This document shows, one piece after another, positions 1 through 11,566 of a stretch of 64,000 nt of DNA (positions are counted from its first letter, which is position 1; each line of letters begins with the position of its first letter). This DNA is from Candidatus Neptunichlamydia sp. (lineage in GTDB: Bacteria; Chlamydiota; Chlamydiia; Chlamydiales; Simkaniaceae). The notes under the pieces were generated by a model. It saw only the letters and a list, made by a program, of their open reading frames with translations, ran no database searches and was not told the origin of the DNA. Both the position numbers and the translations under genes were made by a program. The stretch is from positions 800,001 through 864,000 of the forward strand of contig OZ247587.1 of assembly GCA_965233865.1 (NCBI GenBank), written 5' to 3'.

Positions 1-245
1 GTCTTTCGCACTGCTTGTCCAGAGAGATTCATGTAGGTTGTTGGGAAAAGGAGGAAAACTTTTCCTTCTTTGACCGTTCCTTTTGCGACTTCTCCTTTGA
101 GCATATTATCCTTTTTAAAAGGTAATAGATGTTTGTCAGCAAAAGCAGAAAGGACCATTTGACCCAAGTTGTGACGGGTCGACTCATACTTCTTTCCAGG
201 ATTTCCTAGTCCAACAATGAGGGCTCTTTTACTTTCACTTTCCAT
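1..245 (-). CDS. pth: Peptidyl-tRNA hydrolase (5' part, runs off window)
   Basis: Manual translation from ATG at 245: MESESKRALIVGLGNPGKKYESTRHNLG; follows rplY. Confidence 0.95.
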   Translation of the reverse strand, partial: MESESKRALIVGLGNPGKKYESTRHNLGQMVLSAFADKHLLPFKKDNMLKGEVAKGTVKEGKVFLLFPTTYMNLSGQAVRK

Positions 246-250
246 TGGTA

Positions 251-808
251 TTACCGCTTCGCAATTACAACAACGATTTCTTTATCAGCAGCGATGGGAC
301 GAATGGCATTCCCAAACTCGATATCCCCAATCCGCTTAGATTGTCCAATCGCAAGTTCTTTAATGCTGAGCTTGAAATCAGTTGGTATATCTTTAGGAAG
401 ACATCTGACCTTAACGTGACGCTTGATTGGGCGAATAAATCCCCCCAACTTCACTCCTACGCAATCGACTTCCCCAGTACACGTAATTGGCACTTTTACA
501 TCGACAGCTGCCTTATCATCTAAGATCATAAAGTCGAGGTGGAGGACCCGATACGTTGTTGGATGGTATTGGATATCTTTAACGATGGTTGTGATTTTCT
601 TGCCATCAACCTCAAGTTCAAAAATAGTTGTCGAAAGGTGTCCTTTAGGAAGCCCCCGAATAACCGCCGAGAACTCGGCTCCTTTCACGGTGATTTTTTC
701 GCAGGGCTTCCCCTTAGAGTAAACCGCAGCAGGTATATCACCCTGATGTCTGAGCTTTGTAAGCTCGCTCTTTTTCTCTCCTGCCCGTTTGGACACTGTG
801 AGTTTCAT
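251..808 (-). CDS. rplY: 50S ribosomal protein L25 / Ctc
   Basis: LRHQGDIPAAVY, VKDIQYHPTTYRVLHLDF; prs-rplY-pth order. Confidence 0.95.
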   Translation of the reverse strand: MKLTVSKRAGEKKSELTKLRHQGDIPAAVYSKGKPCEKITVKGAEFSAVIRGLPKGHLSTTIFELEVDGKKITTIVKDIQYHPTTYRVLHLDFMILDDKAAVDVKVPITCTGEVDCVGVKLGGFIRPIKRHVKVRCLPKDIPTDFKLSIKELAIGQSKRIGDIEFGNAIRPIAADKEIVVVIAKR

Positions 809-858
809 AAACACTCCAGATTATTCATTAAAAAAAATTTACTTTCCAAGCAGTGAGA

Positions 859-1791
859 CTATGCCTTGGGTCGGAAGAGGGAACTGACCGATTCGTTATT
901 TACGATACGCTCAATTGCTTTTCCAAATACCCCGGCAACAGAGAGGACTTCAACGTGGGAATGATCTATCTCACTGGGCAGAGGGACAGTGTTGGCAACT
1001 AAAAGATGATCAACTTCCTCAGGTTTTCCATTAAAGAGAAGATGAGTCACCACTGCAAAAACGCGGGAGGCTCCCGCTTCTTTTGCTGCCTTGGACGCTC
1101 CTTTAAGCGTCCCTCCTGTGGAACAAATATCATCCACGAGGATCACGTCCCTTCCCTGCACATTGCCGATGAGTGCATAGACTTCTACATCTTTTGCATT
1201 CATTCGCTGCTTATCTACAATCGCAAAAGAAGCGCTTATTTCAGTCGCCATGATGCGGGCAAGTTTGGCACTTCCCACATCTGGGGCACAAACAACGGGA
1301 TCTTTCAGTCCCAGCTTCTGAATCCCATCCGCAAACACAGTCCGCGCATAGAGATTATCGACTGGAATATCGAAAAACCCTTGGATTTGTTCAGAGTGCA
1401 AATCCATCGTTACTAGGCGCGAAACTCCTGCTGTTTCTAAGAGATTCGCCACAAGTTTTGCCGTTATTGGCACCCGCCCCTTATCTTTGCGATCCTGCCG
1501 CGCATATCCATAATATGGAATAACTGCGACAATACTGCGTGCAGAGGCCCTTTTAAGAGCATCGATTAAAATCAGAAGCTCCATGAAATAGAAATTGGGT
1601 TTCCTCGCTATGCTTTGCACAACGAAAACATCCCGACCACGGACATTCTCAAGTATGCGAACGCCTATCTCACCATCAGGGAATAATTCGATTTGAGTAC
1701 TGCCAAGCTTGATACCCAGGTTCTTTGCAATTTCTTCCGACAAAATCGGATGGGATGTTCCCGAGAAAAGCATAAATGGTGTATCAGCCAT
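859..1791 (-). CDS. prs: Ribose-phosphate pyrophosphokinase
   Basis: FPDGE, PYYGYARQDRK, DLHSEQIQGFF, VDDICSTGGT. Confidence 0.97.
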   Translation of the reverse strand: MADTPFMLFSGTSHPILSEEIAKNLGIKLGSTQIELFPDGEIGVRILENVRGRDVFVVQSIARKPNFYFMELLILIDALKRASARSIVAVIPYYGYARQDRKDKGRVPITAKLVANLLETAGVSRLVTMDLHSEQIQGFFDIPVDNLYARTVFADGIQKLGLKDPVVCAPDVGSAKLARIMATEISASFAIVDKQRMNAKDVEVYALIGNVQGRDVILVDDICSTGGTLKGASKAAKEAGASRVFAVVTHLLFNGKPEEVDHLLVANTVPLPSEIDHSHVEVLSVAGVFGKAIERIVNNESVSSLFRPKA

Positions 1792-1812
1792 TGACTCACT
1801 CAAATCATAAAA

Positions 1813-1884
1813 TTGGGGTGGGAGGATTCGAACCTCCGCATGCCGATGCCAAAAACCGGTGCCTTACCGCTTGGCTACACCCCA
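1813..1884 (-). tRNA. tRNA-Gln(TTG)
   Basis: Cloverleaf TGGGGTG...CACCCCA; anticodon arm CCGGT-TTTTGGC-ATCGG; GGTTCGAATCC T-arm. Confidence 0.93.
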
Positions 1885-2122
1885 GCAAATTCAATTAACC
1901 ATAAGTCTTGAACAAACGAGTCCAACAGCCCAGGCTAAACAAGCTACCAGTTTAACTTCCTATACATTTCTTTTCAACACCTAAATGCATCCAATCTCCA
2001 TCTACAGTCACACCAAAATTTTATGTTGATAGGCTCTTGGGGATATCTAAAAACTATTGATCTACGAACCTATCCTGAAATAAACCCTTTAATTTAAGAT
2101 AGGTTCGTGGTAACTAAAAAAT

Positions 2123-3598
2123 ATGTATATTGTGCATTTGACAACAGAGCTGGCTCCTCTTGCCAAAGTAGGAGGGCTGGGTGATGTGATAGCCGGCCTC
2201 TCTAAGGCTTTGACTGAAGAAGGCGAGAGGGTGGAAGTCATTCTTCCCTTTTATAACCATATCGATCAAAAATTGCTTAAAAATCTAAAAGTAGATTTTG
2301 AAAACCTTCTTTCCTATGAGGACCTTGAAGAAGTCAAAAACACCGTATGGTCAGCTGAGTTTGATGGAATATCTCTTATTTTAATCGAGCCTCATAGCGA
2401 GGCAGAGTATTTTGAGCGAGGTGTGATCTATGGGGAAGAAGATGATCTTTCCCGCTTTACCTATTTCACAAAAACTGCAATGGAGTATCTTCTTAAGAAA
2501 GGAAAACATCCCGATATCCTCAACATCCATGATTGGCTCACCTCAATCGCTGCTCCCCTTTACCGAGGGATCTATCAATCCCTTGGTCTCAAGATTGGAG
2601 GAATCATGACAACTATCCATAATATGAAATATCAGGGAACATGCGTCCCACAAAAAGTCAAGAGGCTAGGGCTTAAGACAGAGTATCTGATCACAAAAGA
2701 CAAAATGCAAGATCATAAAAATCCGAAAAAGATTAATCTCTTGAAAGGCGCCCTTGTTTTTTCTGATAGTTTAACAACAGTTTCTCCTACTTACGCAAAA
2801 GAAATTCAAGGAAAAGAAGGATTTGGCCTTGACCCTCTTCTTATCGAAAATAAAGGGAAGCTTCGAGGCATCTTAAATGGCATTGACACCTCCTATTGGA
2901 ACCCTGAGACAGATCCTCTTTTAGAGCAAAATTATCAAACAGATGGAATAGATCTCGATGAGGTCATTAAGGCTAAAACAGTGAACAGAAAAGCGCTGCA
3001 ACAGAAACTCCATATGGATTACGACCCTGCTCCTTTATTCATCTCTGTGACACGGATCGTTGAGCAAAAGGGCCCCGAAATGATTCGTTTTGGAATTGAA
3101 TATGTCCTAAAAAAAGGAGGGCAATTCATCCTTCTTGGATCAACATCCGAGCCCTCACTCAAAGCAGAGTTCTATGATTTGGCTGAAGAATACCGCGACA
3201 ATCCCCATACCCATTTCCACTTTACCTTTGATGAAATGCTAGCACATCTTACTTTTGCCTCGGCAGACTGCATCATAATTCCCTCACTATTTGAGCCTTG
3301 TGGTCTCACGCAAATGATCTCTCTGCGCTATGGAACGATTCCCATCGTCCATAAAGTGGGAGGACTCACCGATACAGTCTTTGATATAGACCATGGTGAA
3401 ATCCCCCTTGACAGAAGAAACGGATACACCTTTGACTTTCCCTCTGAGGACAATCTACGCTGCTCAATCGATCGCGCCTTCGAACATCACAAAAATGACC
3501 AAAAAAAATGGAGGCTAATGCTTAAAAATGGCTTTCAAAAGGATTGGAGTTGGAAAACCTCCGCACTGAAATACTTGGAAGCCTATCGCTCTGTCTGA
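2123..3598 (+). CDS. glgA: Glycogen synthase
   Basis: AKVGGLGDV, HDW, TIHN, FEPCGLTQM. Confidence 0.95.
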   Translation: MYIVHLTTELAPLAKVGGLGDVIAGLSKALTEEGERVEVILPFYNHIDQKLLKNLKVDFENLLSYEDLEEVKNTVWSAEFDGISLILIEPHSEAEYFERGVIYGEEDDLSRFTYFTKTAMEYLLKKGKHPDILNIHDWLTSIAAPLYRGIYQSLGLKIGGIMTTIHNMKYQGTCVPQKVKRLGLKTEYLITKDKMQDHKNPKKINLLKGALVFSDSLTTVSPTYAKEIQGKEGFGLDPLLIENKGKLRGILNGIDTSYWNPETDPLLEQNYQTDGIDLDEVIKAKTVNRKALQQKLHMDYDPAPLFISVTRIVEQKGPEMIRFGIEYVLKKGGQFILLGSTSEPSLKAEFYDLAEEYRDNPHTHFHFTFDEMLAHLTFASADCIIIPSLFEPCGLTQMISLRYGTIPIVHKVGGLTDTVFDIDHGEIPLDRRNGYTFDFPSEDNLRCSIDRAFEHHKNDQKKWRLMLKNGFQKDWSWKTSALKYLEAYRSV

Positions 3599-4230
3599 TC
3601 GCTCTGCCATGCTTGGCGAATGTAGCTTCGATTAGCCCAAATATACTCTCCCCCAGCAAAAACAGTATAGACAGCTGCCGCTGAAATAATAATAAAACTG
3701 ATGTTTTGCAGTTGAAGAAGAGGTAGCCTTCCCCATGCATAAGGAATCATAAGGATCAGGATCGCAAAGATCGAAGATGCCTGAAGAACGGCTTTGATTT
3801 TCCCACTAGTACGCGCTGCAAGAGTTACCCCTCGGAAAGCACAGACTGTTCTCAGAGTACTGATCATTGCATCTCGATAGACAAAGGCAAACACCAGAAT
3901 CAACGGAAGTTGAATGAATCCTTGAGTGAAGGTAAGCAATATGGTAAGGCGCGTAATACTATCAGCCATTGGATCCAAAATCTTACCGAGCTCTGTTACT
4001 AAATTAAATCGCCTTGCAAGAAACCCATCGAAAAAGTCAGAAAGCTCTGAAAGCACGAGCAAGAAAATCAGAATAAATGGAAGCGCGTGGAGGGTAATCC
4101 CCAACTGTTGGTACTTCAAATAGAAAATCAAAAAGATCGGACTGATAAAAATTCTTCCAATCGTTAAAAATAATGGGAGTTTCAAAGGTATTTCTCCTCG
4201 AAAAATTGAAACTTTACTTGTAGCTCTCAT
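3583..4230 (-). CDS. pgsA: CDP-diacylglycerol--glycerol-3-phosphate 3-phosphatidyltransferase (start uncertain)
   Basis: CDP-alcohol phosphotransferase motif DFFDGFLARRFNLVTELGKILDPMAD. Confidence 0.9.
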   Translation of the reverse strand: MRATSKVSIFRGEIPLKLPLFLTIGRIFISPIFLIFYLKYQQLGITLHALPFILIFLLVLSELSDFFDGFLARRFNLVTELGKILDPMADSITRLTILLTFTQGFIQLPLILVFAFVYRDAMISTLRTVCAFRGVTLAARTSGKIKAVLQASSIFAILILMIPYAWGRLPLLQLQNISFIIISAAAVYTVFAGGEYIWANRSYIRQAWQSDQTER

Positions 4231-4260
4231 GATACCATAGGTTGATGCTTTTCTGCCCCC

Positions 4261-5331
4261 TTATACTGACTTTGCTTCAATTTCTAAAGGTTTTTTTTCG
4301 TCTTTCTTACGGAGGGCTAACTGACCGCAAGCCGCAGCGATGTCCTTTCCCTTAGTATAACGACGGGTGGTGCGCACCCCTCTTTTCAATAAAATCGCAT
4401 GAAATTTTTCAATTTTTTCTTTGCTAGGCCTTTTGAGATTGAGTCCACTTACTGGATTGTAAGGAATTAAATTGACAGTGCATTGCTCATTTTTAAGAAG
4501 AGATGCAAGCTCTTCAGCATTTTCTTCCGTGTCATTAATTCCGTCTAGAAGGACATATTCATAGGTTAAATCTCTCTTGGTAAACCTCGCGTACTCACGA
4601 GCACTTTGCAAAACTTCCTCAATCGAAAACTTGCGGGCATAGGGAACAACCTTTTTCCGAATGTGCTGATTAGGCGCATGAAGAGAAAGGGCAAGGTTGA
4701 CTTTGAATCCATCTTCCATCAGCCGCCTAATGTTAGGAGCCACACCGACGGTAGAAACGGTAATTCTTCGGGAAGAAAATCCGAAAAGATCAGGATCCAT
4801 CAAGATTTTGAGAGCGCGAACAACCCCTATATAATTCTCCAAAGGCTCCCCCATTCCCATAAAAACCAGGTGACTGACCCGCTCACTAATTTGCAGTAAA
4901 TAGTTGTTAATGAGGACCACTTGCTCCACAATCTCTGCAGGAGTAAGATTGCGGATGGCCCCCTCCTTCCCTGAAGCGCAAAAAGCGCACCGCGCCGGGC
5001 AACCCACCTGAGAGGACACACAAACAGTGCGCCGATCTCCACTCATAATGAGCACTGATTCAACAAAATGGTTATCCGAAAGTTTCCACAAAAACTTCTT
5101 TGTTTCTCCGTCCTCTGAATCTTCTACTTTTTCAAGTTGCAATACGCCAATATCAACCTTCTCTTTTAAAAGCGATCTAAGTGGTTGTGGGAGGTTAAGC
5201 ATCTGATCGTAGTCTACTTTACCTTTTTGGTAGACCCAGTCAAAAAGTTGTTTTGCCCGGAATGTTTTTTCACCCTCCTCTTCAAAGAAGATTTTCACTT
5301 CTTTAGATAGAAGACCACAAAATTCTCGCAT
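4261..5331 (-). CDS. rlmN: 23S rRNA/tRNA m2A methyltransferase, radical SAM
   Basis: CVSSQVGCPARCAFC, MGMGEP, AACGQL; ATG at 5331 with GGAG upstream. Confidence 0.95.
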   Translation of the reverse strand: MREFCGLLSKEVKIFFEEEGEKTFRAKQLFDWVYQKGKVDYDQMLNLPQPLRSLLKEKVDIGVLQLEKVEDSEDGETKKFLWKLSDNHFVESVLIMSGDRRTVCVSSQVGCPARCAFCASGKEGAIRNLTPAEIVEQVVLINNYLLQISERVSHLVFMGMGEPLENYIGVVRALKILMDPDLFGFSSRRITVSTVGVAPNIRRLMEDGFKVNLALSLHAPNQHIRKKVVPYARKFSIEEVLQSAREYARFTKRDLTYEYVLLDGINDTEENAEELASLLKNEQCTVNLIPYNPVSGLNLKRPSKEKIEKFHAILLKRGVRTTRRYTKGKDIAAACGQLALRKKDEKKPLEIEAKSV

Positions 5332-5557
5332 TATAACTCCTACTTCATGCAACATTATCTCGAATTCGTGCATTTTTTGGCTGCATCTCCCCAGCAATTT
5401 TGGTGGGCCAGAATGCTTTTTAATTTTCAGAAATGGCTATTTGACCATTCCATTCAAATTAAATTAAAAATATCCTGCTCTATCGGAAGCACTAGATATC
5501 TTTTAGAAAAAATGCACGAAGCTAAGATTATTACATAATTCAAGGGTAATTGCAAAG

Positions 5558-8527
5558 ATGACTTTTCAAGAAATTATCAGCAAGTTAACAGCTTTTTGGG
5601 CAAAGCAGGGATGTCTCATTCAGCAAGGACACGACGTAGAAGTGGGGGCTGGAACATTTAACCCTGCCACCTTTCTCCGCTCCCTCGGCCCTGAGCCCTA
5701 TAATACTGTTTATGTAGAACCCTCAAGGCGTCCCCAAGATGGCCGTTTTGGAGATAATCCCAACCGCACGCAACTTTTCCATCAACTTCAAGTCATTATG
5801 AAACCCTCCCCTAAAGAGATTCAGAAATTCTACCTCCAATCTCTTGAAACACTTGGATTCGACTTAAAGCAACACGACATTCGTTTTGTCCATGATGACT
5901 GGGAATCTCCTACACTAGGCGCATGGGGCCTCGGATGGGAAGTCTGGATAGATGGAATGGAAGTGACCCAGTTTACCTATTTCCAGTCTGTTGCAGGCTA
6001 TACCCTGAAACCTATTAGCGTGGAACTCACTTACGGTCTCGAGCGTCTCTCTATGATTGTACAGAAGAAAGATAACTTCTTTGATATGCAGTACAACGAA
6101 CAGTTTACCTACGGCGATATCTACCACAGAAACGAAGTCGAGTGGAGTCACTACAACTTCTATAAATCTTCGACAGAGATGTGGCTACGCCACTTTGCAG
6201 ATTTTGAAAGAGAAGCAAAAATACTTGTTGAATTAAACCTTCCGATTCCTGCCTACGACTTTGTAATGAAAGCTTCCCATGCATTCAATATGCTTGAGGC
6301 GCGAGGAGTCCTCTCCGTAACAGAGCGAACGGGTTACATTGCTCGTGTTCGTGATATCGCAAAAGCATCGGCTACTGAATATCTTGCATCTAGGGAAAAA
6401 CTAAGTTTCCCTCTCTTAAGACGACTAAAAAAAGAAGAAAATACATTCTCTCTCCGATCGCTGCCCGAAACTTTTGACTCTAAGAAGACGAGTGACTTCC
6501 TCTTTGAAATTGGCTCAGAAGAACTCCCTGCACTCTTTGTTCCTATTGGAAACAGAAACCTCAAAAGTGCGATCGAAAAACTCTTAAAAGAGCACAAACT
6601 TACCTACTCAGTTATTGACGTTTATGGAACACCCCGCCGCTTAAGTGTCCTGGTGAGAGATTTGATTCATGGAACAGAAGATAGCGCAGATACACGGCGT
6701 GGCCCGCCAGTTTCAACCGCCTATGACCATCAAGGAAATGTAACAAAGCAAGGGATGGGGTTTTTCAAATCCCTCGGATTTGAAAATTCTCCCACGCTTC
6801 AAGAGATCAAAAACCACAATATGCTCCATATTCAAGAGATCAAAGAGAGCGACTACCTCATGGCCTCTCTAGAGAAAAAGGGTGTCTCTACAATTAAAAT
6901 CTTAAGCCAAGTCCTTCCTAAAATTATTGGTAATCTCCCCTTCCCAAAAAAAATGCGCTGGAGCGATCTTGACGTCAGTTATGCACGCCCATTGCAGTGG
7001 ATCGTGGCCTTGTTAGGGACGAATGTTATTCCGTTTGAAATTGCCGGTGTGGTCTCAGGGAATCACTCTGCAGGACACGCTCAGCTATGTGACAAAACCT
7101 TTCCAATTGAATCTGCAAGTGATTATGTTGCTCGATTAGAAGAACATAAGGTAATAGTCGACATAGCAAAAAGAAAACGTATCATTTGTCAAGAACTGGA
7201 AGCTATTGAAAAGGAAACAAACACCCTTGCAGTTTTCAAAGAAAAGGTTCTCTCTCAAGTGCTTTATCTTACCGAATGGCCAGAACTCACCTATACCTCT
7301 TTCGATAAAACGTTTTTAAAAGCGCCTCAGGAAGTCCTCACCTCAGAAATGGTGGAGCATCAAAAGTATTTTCCTCTTATGAACCATAGCGGTCACCTCG
7401 CTCCCCTCTTTGTCATCACAGCCGACAACACCCCCAATGAAATGATAAAAGAAGGAAACCAAAATGTCCTTTCAGCGCGTCTTTCCGATGGAGTCTTTCT
7501 TTATGAAGAAGATTTAAAAACTTCAATGGATGACTTTGCTAAAAAGCTTGAGAATATCATCTTTCAAAAAGAGCTCGGAACGATGGCCGACAAGGTTGAT
7601 CGCCTCAAAAGACTTGCCCTAATGCTTGCCCAAGCTTTGGAAATAGGAAACGAAAAAACTGTTCTTCGCGCGGCCTCTCTCTGCAAAGCTGACATCGCAT
7701 CAGAACTTGTACAAGAATTTCCAGACCTTCAAGGAACAATCGGAAAACACTACGCCATCCATCAAAAAGAAGAAGAGGAAGTTGCAATCGCTATTGAAGA
7801 ACACTGGCTTCCAAAATCAGAAGGAGGAGCCCTCCCAGAATCAAAAACAGGGATTCTCCTAAATCTTGCCGATAAACTCGACAATTTGATCAGCTATTTC
7901 AAAGTGGGATTAAAGCCCACCTCTTCTAGCGATCCCTATGCCCTCAGACGTCAAACGATTGGGGTGATTAAAATTCTCATTGAAAACAACTTAAGCCTCG
8001 ACCTTCAAACCGTCATTAAAGATCAAGCGGTTCTCAACTTTCTAACCGCTCGTGCTAAAGGTGTCCTGGAAGATTACAGTTTCCAAAAGGATGAGATTGA
8101 AGCTTCTCTCCAAGGGCTTTGCACCAACCCTTATGACCAGTTTTTAAAAACCAAAGCCCTCAACCTATTCCGCGCTAGTGACCATTTTGATGGGCTTTTT
8201 GAGGTCTATAAGCGCGCTAAAGGGCAAATCAGCAAAGAAAAAATCCATGCCCTTAAACCTGATCTTTTTCTTGAACCCTCTGAAAAATCCCTATATGAAT
8301 CCCTATCTACCCTCAAAAAAACCTTTAAAGATGCTCTCTCCTCTAGAAACTACCAGGGCGCTTTTGAGCACCTCAGCACCCTCAGAGCTCCCCTTGCAGC
8401 CCTTTTTGAGGAAGTTCAAATCCTAGCTGATGAGCCAAAGATACGGACCAACAGAATCGCTCTCCTCCAAGAGGTCTTTTCCCATTTCTCCCTACTACTT
8501 GATTTTGGAAAGATTCAGAACATTTAG
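5558..8527 (+). CDS. glyQS: Glycine--tRNA ligase, fused alpha/beta chains
   Basis: Alpha motifs [10 protein letters not shown] and EVTQFTYFQ followed in frame by beta motifs FEIGSEELP and [10 protein letters not shown]. Confidence 0.96.
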   Translation: MTFQEIISKLTAFWAKQGCLIQQGHDVEVGAGTFNPATFLRSLGPEPYNTVYVEPSRRPQDGRFGDNPNRTQLFHQLQVIMKPSPKEIQKFYLQSLETLGFDLKQHDIRFVHDDWESPTLGAWGLGWEVWIDGMEVTQFTYFQSVAGYTLKPISVELTYGLERLSMIVQKKDNFFDMQYNEQFTYGDIYHRNEVEWSHYNFYKSSTEMWLRHFADFEREAKILVELNLPIPAYDFVMKASHAFNMLEARGVLSVTERTGYIARVRDIAKASATEYLASREKLSFPLLRRLKKEENTFSLRSLPETFDSKKTSDFLFEIGSEELPALFVPIGNRNLKSAIEKLLKEHKLTYSVIDVYGTPRRLSVLVRDLIHGTEDSADTRRGPPVSTAYDHQGNVTKQGMGFFKSLGFENSPTLQEIKNHNMLHIQEIKESDYLMASLEKKGVSTIKILSQVLPKIIGNLPFPKKMRWSDLDVSYARPLQWIVALLGTNVIPFEIAGVVSGNHSAGHAQLCDKTFPIESASDYVARLEEHKVIVDIAKRKRIICQELEAIEKETNTLAVFKEKVLSQVLYLTEWPELTYTSFDKTFLKAPQEVLTSEMVEHQKYFPLMNHSGHLAPLFVITADNTPNEMIKEGNQNVLSARLSDGVFLYEEDLKTSMDDFAKKLENIIFQKELGTMADKVDRLKRLALMLAQALEIGNEKTVLRAASLCKADIASELVQEFPDLQGTIGKHYAIHQKEEEEVAIAIEEHWLPKSEGGALPESKTGILLNLADKLDNLISYFKVGLKPTSSSDPYALRRQTIGVIKILIENNLSLDLQTVIKDQAVLNFLTARAKGVLEDYSFQKDEIEASLQGLCTNPYDQFLKTKALNLFRASDHFDGLFEVYKRAKGQISKEKIHALKPDLFLEPSEKSLYESLSTLKKTFKDALSSRNYQGAFEHLSTLRAPLAALFEEVQILADEPKIRTNRIALLQEVFSHFSLLLDFGKIQNI

Positions 8528-8719
8528 AAACAATTATTTATATTTTAGTTTCAATTAAGAACCTATCCCCTCAGTCTGAGTACAGGACATTTTTTAACAG
8601 ACCTTAAATTTTTCATTAATAACCAGTAGCTTAGGATCTGTCCCTAAAGATAAAAATTGATTAGACTTTCATAGAGTAAACCTAAAGGAGGCTAACGTTA
8701 TGTTAACAACTCATTGCTA

Positions 8720-9464
8720 CAACTCATTGCTAGTTTATTTTGCCCCTAATTTGTATGAACCGCTTTATTTGATTGCAGATGGATTGTAACCTCAGCTTCG
8801 TATAGGAGTAAAAATGAGTAGAAGCAAGAAATACTAAAGCATTCCGACTCATCTGTCACGAGAGGAGTTTGACCAATTTGTCTTGCCCCACCTCATGGAA
8901 AGAATGAATCACCTCTCATACGTGAAGCAATGGGCCCATTGAAAAGTATGGCAAAGGCTGTGGGGTTCAACATTAAAGGATCCACCATGAGCCTCGATGG
9001 GGTCTATGATTGCCGTAAAAACCGTAAGAAAATCTTCAATGCGAGAATGAAACCTAACATCAATCCAAACAAACGAAATAGAAAAAAGAGCAAGAGTAGT
9101 CGCAAGCCCATGTTTGACTTCGAGGTTTTTAAAGAACGCTTCTGTACCATATAGCGAGTCTTTGCATGGGAGGACAAGTTCAAACGGCTTCTTATACGGT
9201 TCGAGAGAATCAGCTCGCATCACTATGGGATGAAGTATATAGCATTTGCTCTCACTAACTTACGCCACTTTTGCAGCGGTTAGGCCTAAGACAAACCTAC
9301 TTTCATCGAGACTAGTTTGTTTTGAAGATGCACTCGCATGTCCAAAAATGACTGTTTTCGTGCCATGCAGAGAAGGTAGAGTATTTTTTCGGCTCCAATG
9401 TGAACTTTCGATATAGCTGCATAAATTTTCCATACGATTTTTTAGGGAAACTAGCAATGAGTTG
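8720..9464 (+). mobile_element. IS5-like element, internally deleted, both terminal IRs present
   Basis: 17-bp IR CAACTCATTGCTAGTTT at 8720 and its reverse complement ending 9464; transposase pieces with stops (DGVYD, ER.FAWEDKFKRL). Confidence 0.8.
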
Positions 9465-9959
9465 CAAGCTTCTTCTTCGGATTATTTTGGATCAAAATTC
9501 ATCATGTCGTCTCTTCTATTTCCATTTACAAAAACAAATGTGAGTGATGAAGAGTTCCGCTACCAGTATTTTTTCTCGGTAACATGCCCTCAAAATGGCG
9601 ATTTTCATCAAAGATACTGGAATAAACTAAGAAAAAGAGTAAAAGAGGTTTCAGCTGAATGGAATCGCAATGTTCTTGTTCTTTCTGGACCTCTCTTTCT
9701 TTCGGAAAGGGGACAAACAACATATCCCGTGATTGGCTCTGATGAAATTCCTGTTCCGACTCACTTTTTTCAGGTGATTTTCCCGACAATAGTACTGGAT
9801 AAAGCAGAAGCGTACATCGTCCCGAATCAGAAAGTTGATGTAGATCTACCACTGGGCTCTTTCAAAGTTAGCTTGACGGAATTTCGAAGAAGATCGGGCG
9901 TTTTGCTTCCAGAAAACATGTCTGACTACTTTCCTCCGGCAATTCCACTACGAATTTAG
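9465..9959 (+). pseudogene. DNA/RNA non-specific endonuclease (NucA/EndoG-like), N-terminally truncated by IS
   Basis: CPQNGDFHQRYWNKL, VLSGPLF, IPVPTHFFQVI, AYIVPN; reading frame begins at the IS end. Confidence 0.75.
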
Positions 9960-9978
9960 CACTTAAGTTATTGAAGCT

Positions 9979-11010
9979 TTAATCAATATTATCCAAAAGC
10001 TTTTCCATTTGTTCTAGAGATGGCAACTCGTTTTGAAGCTCTTTAGGTAATTTTTTTACCAAATGGTAGGAGGCAACATTAATAGGCTTGTTAGCGTCTT
10101 TAAGGGCATACTCGACTACGGTTCGTTTCTTGCTTTTACATAGGATAATTCCTATAGACGGGTTTTCTCCTTCAAGGCGAACCTTATCGTCAAGTACTGC
10201 TAGGTAGAACTGCATTTTTCCAACGTGTTCTGGAACAAACTCAGAGATCTTTAACTCGACAGCGATAAGGGATTTTAGTCGCCTGTGATAGAAAAGAAGG
10301 TCGATAAAAAACTCTTGTCCTTCCATTTCAATTCGGTACTGTGATCCAAGGAAAGAGATTGATGTACCAACCTCTCGAAGAAATGCCTCAATATTTTTAA
10401 CGATAGCCTTCTCAAGTTCGTGTTCGCTATGCTCGTCCGCCAGTCCAAGGAAATCAAGAGCATACTCGTCTTTTGCAACAAGGATAGCTTCTGGGTGAAG
10501 GTTAATTGGAAGATTCTTCTTGAAATTCGACTGCGCAACCATGGTCTTTTCAAAAGTTCCACCCTCAATATGGTGGATTAAGACCCTGTAGGTCCACCCA
10601 TTTCTCTTAGACATCTTCATGTAAAACTCTCTTTCAATAGGGTCCTTACACTTAGATAAAATGGCCACATTATGGGACCAGCTAATTTGTGCAGACAGTG
10701 TCTGCAATTTTTCGTCACTTACATAAGAGAAGTATAAATCCCTCATTGTGTATAAATTACGATACGAAAACCCTCTCATGCCAGGAAAGGCTTTTTGAAG
10801 ATCTGAAGCCAATGTTTTAACGACAGCATCCCCCCATTCCCCAGTTTCTTGTTCCTCTTGAATGATCTTTCCAATGTCCCTATACACCTCTATAAGCTCT
10901 CGGTTTACAGAGCTCATGGCTCGAGCTTGGGCTGATTTAATCTTAGAGCTGATAGAGTTCAGAATGTCGGAATACCCTTTAGGTAGCTTTTTTGGGGTGT
11001 CTTTAGCCAT
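9979..11010 (-). CDS. YhcG/DUF1016 family PD-(D/E)XK nuclease
   Basis: GFSYRNL, ISWSHN, FFIDLLFYHRRLKSLIAVELK, GKMQFYL, ENPSIGIILC. Confidence 0.92.
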   Translation of the reverse strand: MAKDTPKKLPKGYSDILNSISSKIKSAQARAMSSVNRELIEVYRDIGKIIQEEQETGEWGDAVVKTLASDLQKAFPGMRGFSYRNLYTMRDLYFSYVSDEKLQTLSAQISWSHNVAILSKCKDPIEREFYMKMSKRNGWTYRVLIHHIEGGTFEKTMVAQSNFKKNLPINLHPEAILVAKDEYALDFLGLADEHSEHELEKAIVKNIEAFLREVGTSISFLGSQYRIEMEGQEFFIDLLFYHRRLKSLIAVELKISEFVPEHVGKMQFYLAVLDDKVRLEGENPSIGIILCKSKKRTVVEYALKDANKPINVASYHLVKKLPKELQNELPSLEQMEKLLDNID

Positions 11011-11199
11011 CTAAAACGTCCCCTGTTTCATAATGGGGTAGCAAACCTCAACGGCTCTTCTTATCGCCTCGGATATGGTGACAATTTTTCCCTCTTCCTG
11101 GGATAGTTTGATCGCCATCTTCTCGACCTTATCGAGTTGATCCTCGGACAGGCATACAGAAACTCTTTTGTGATTTCTTACAGCAACTTTTCTTGGCAT
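11011..11199 (-). CDS. Small ribbon-helix-helix (CopG-like) DNA-binding protein
   Basis: RVSVCLSEDQLDKVEKMA...SEAIRRAV; abuts the DUF1016 start. Confidence 0.65.
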   Translation of the reverse strand: MPRKVAVRNHKRVSVCLSEDQLDKVEKMAIKLSQEEGKIVTISEAIRRAVEVCYPIMKQGTF

Positions 11200-11370
11200 G
11201 GACTTTTTCGGCTCCTTGATCGGTAGTCACATGCTACTTTAATCACGCTGGATAGTCAACAAGTTGTTGAGGTTTTAAAGATTGAAAATTTTTATTGCAG
11301 AAAAATCTCTCCAAGACAATACTTTGTGGAAAATAACTAGTCATAGCTTTGAGGATTGGGTCCCTGTTTT

Positions 11371-11566
11371 TATGAAAGAAGTATTAGGAATTATTATCGC
11401 GGCTGTTTTACTTATTTTGTCTACATATTCTTTTTCAAGAGCTCTGTGGTTATTGGGTATTCGAGGAAAAGAAAATAGCTTTAGAAAGCTGTGGCTTGCT
11501 GTTTCTTGTTTTTTCACAAGTGCAGTTGCTGCTGTGGGATTTGTCGCATTGGTTATAAATTTATGA
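11371..11566 (+). CDS. Small two-TM membrane protein (start uncertain)
   Basis: Two hydrophobic segments; stop overlaps next start (ATGA). Confidence 0.5.

Noticed and set aside
8528..8720. att-site duplicate of the tRNA-Tyr 3' end at the island's left border
   Set aside because: No match to TGGGGGTGGTCAGACTCGAAC found by eye; the region looks like further IS debris.
9260..9457. Repeated 65-aa ORF (also 30940..31137) as a real passenger gene
   Set aside because: Starts at a TTG within the IS terminal repeat, with no RBS or recognisable domain; repetition reflects IS copies.
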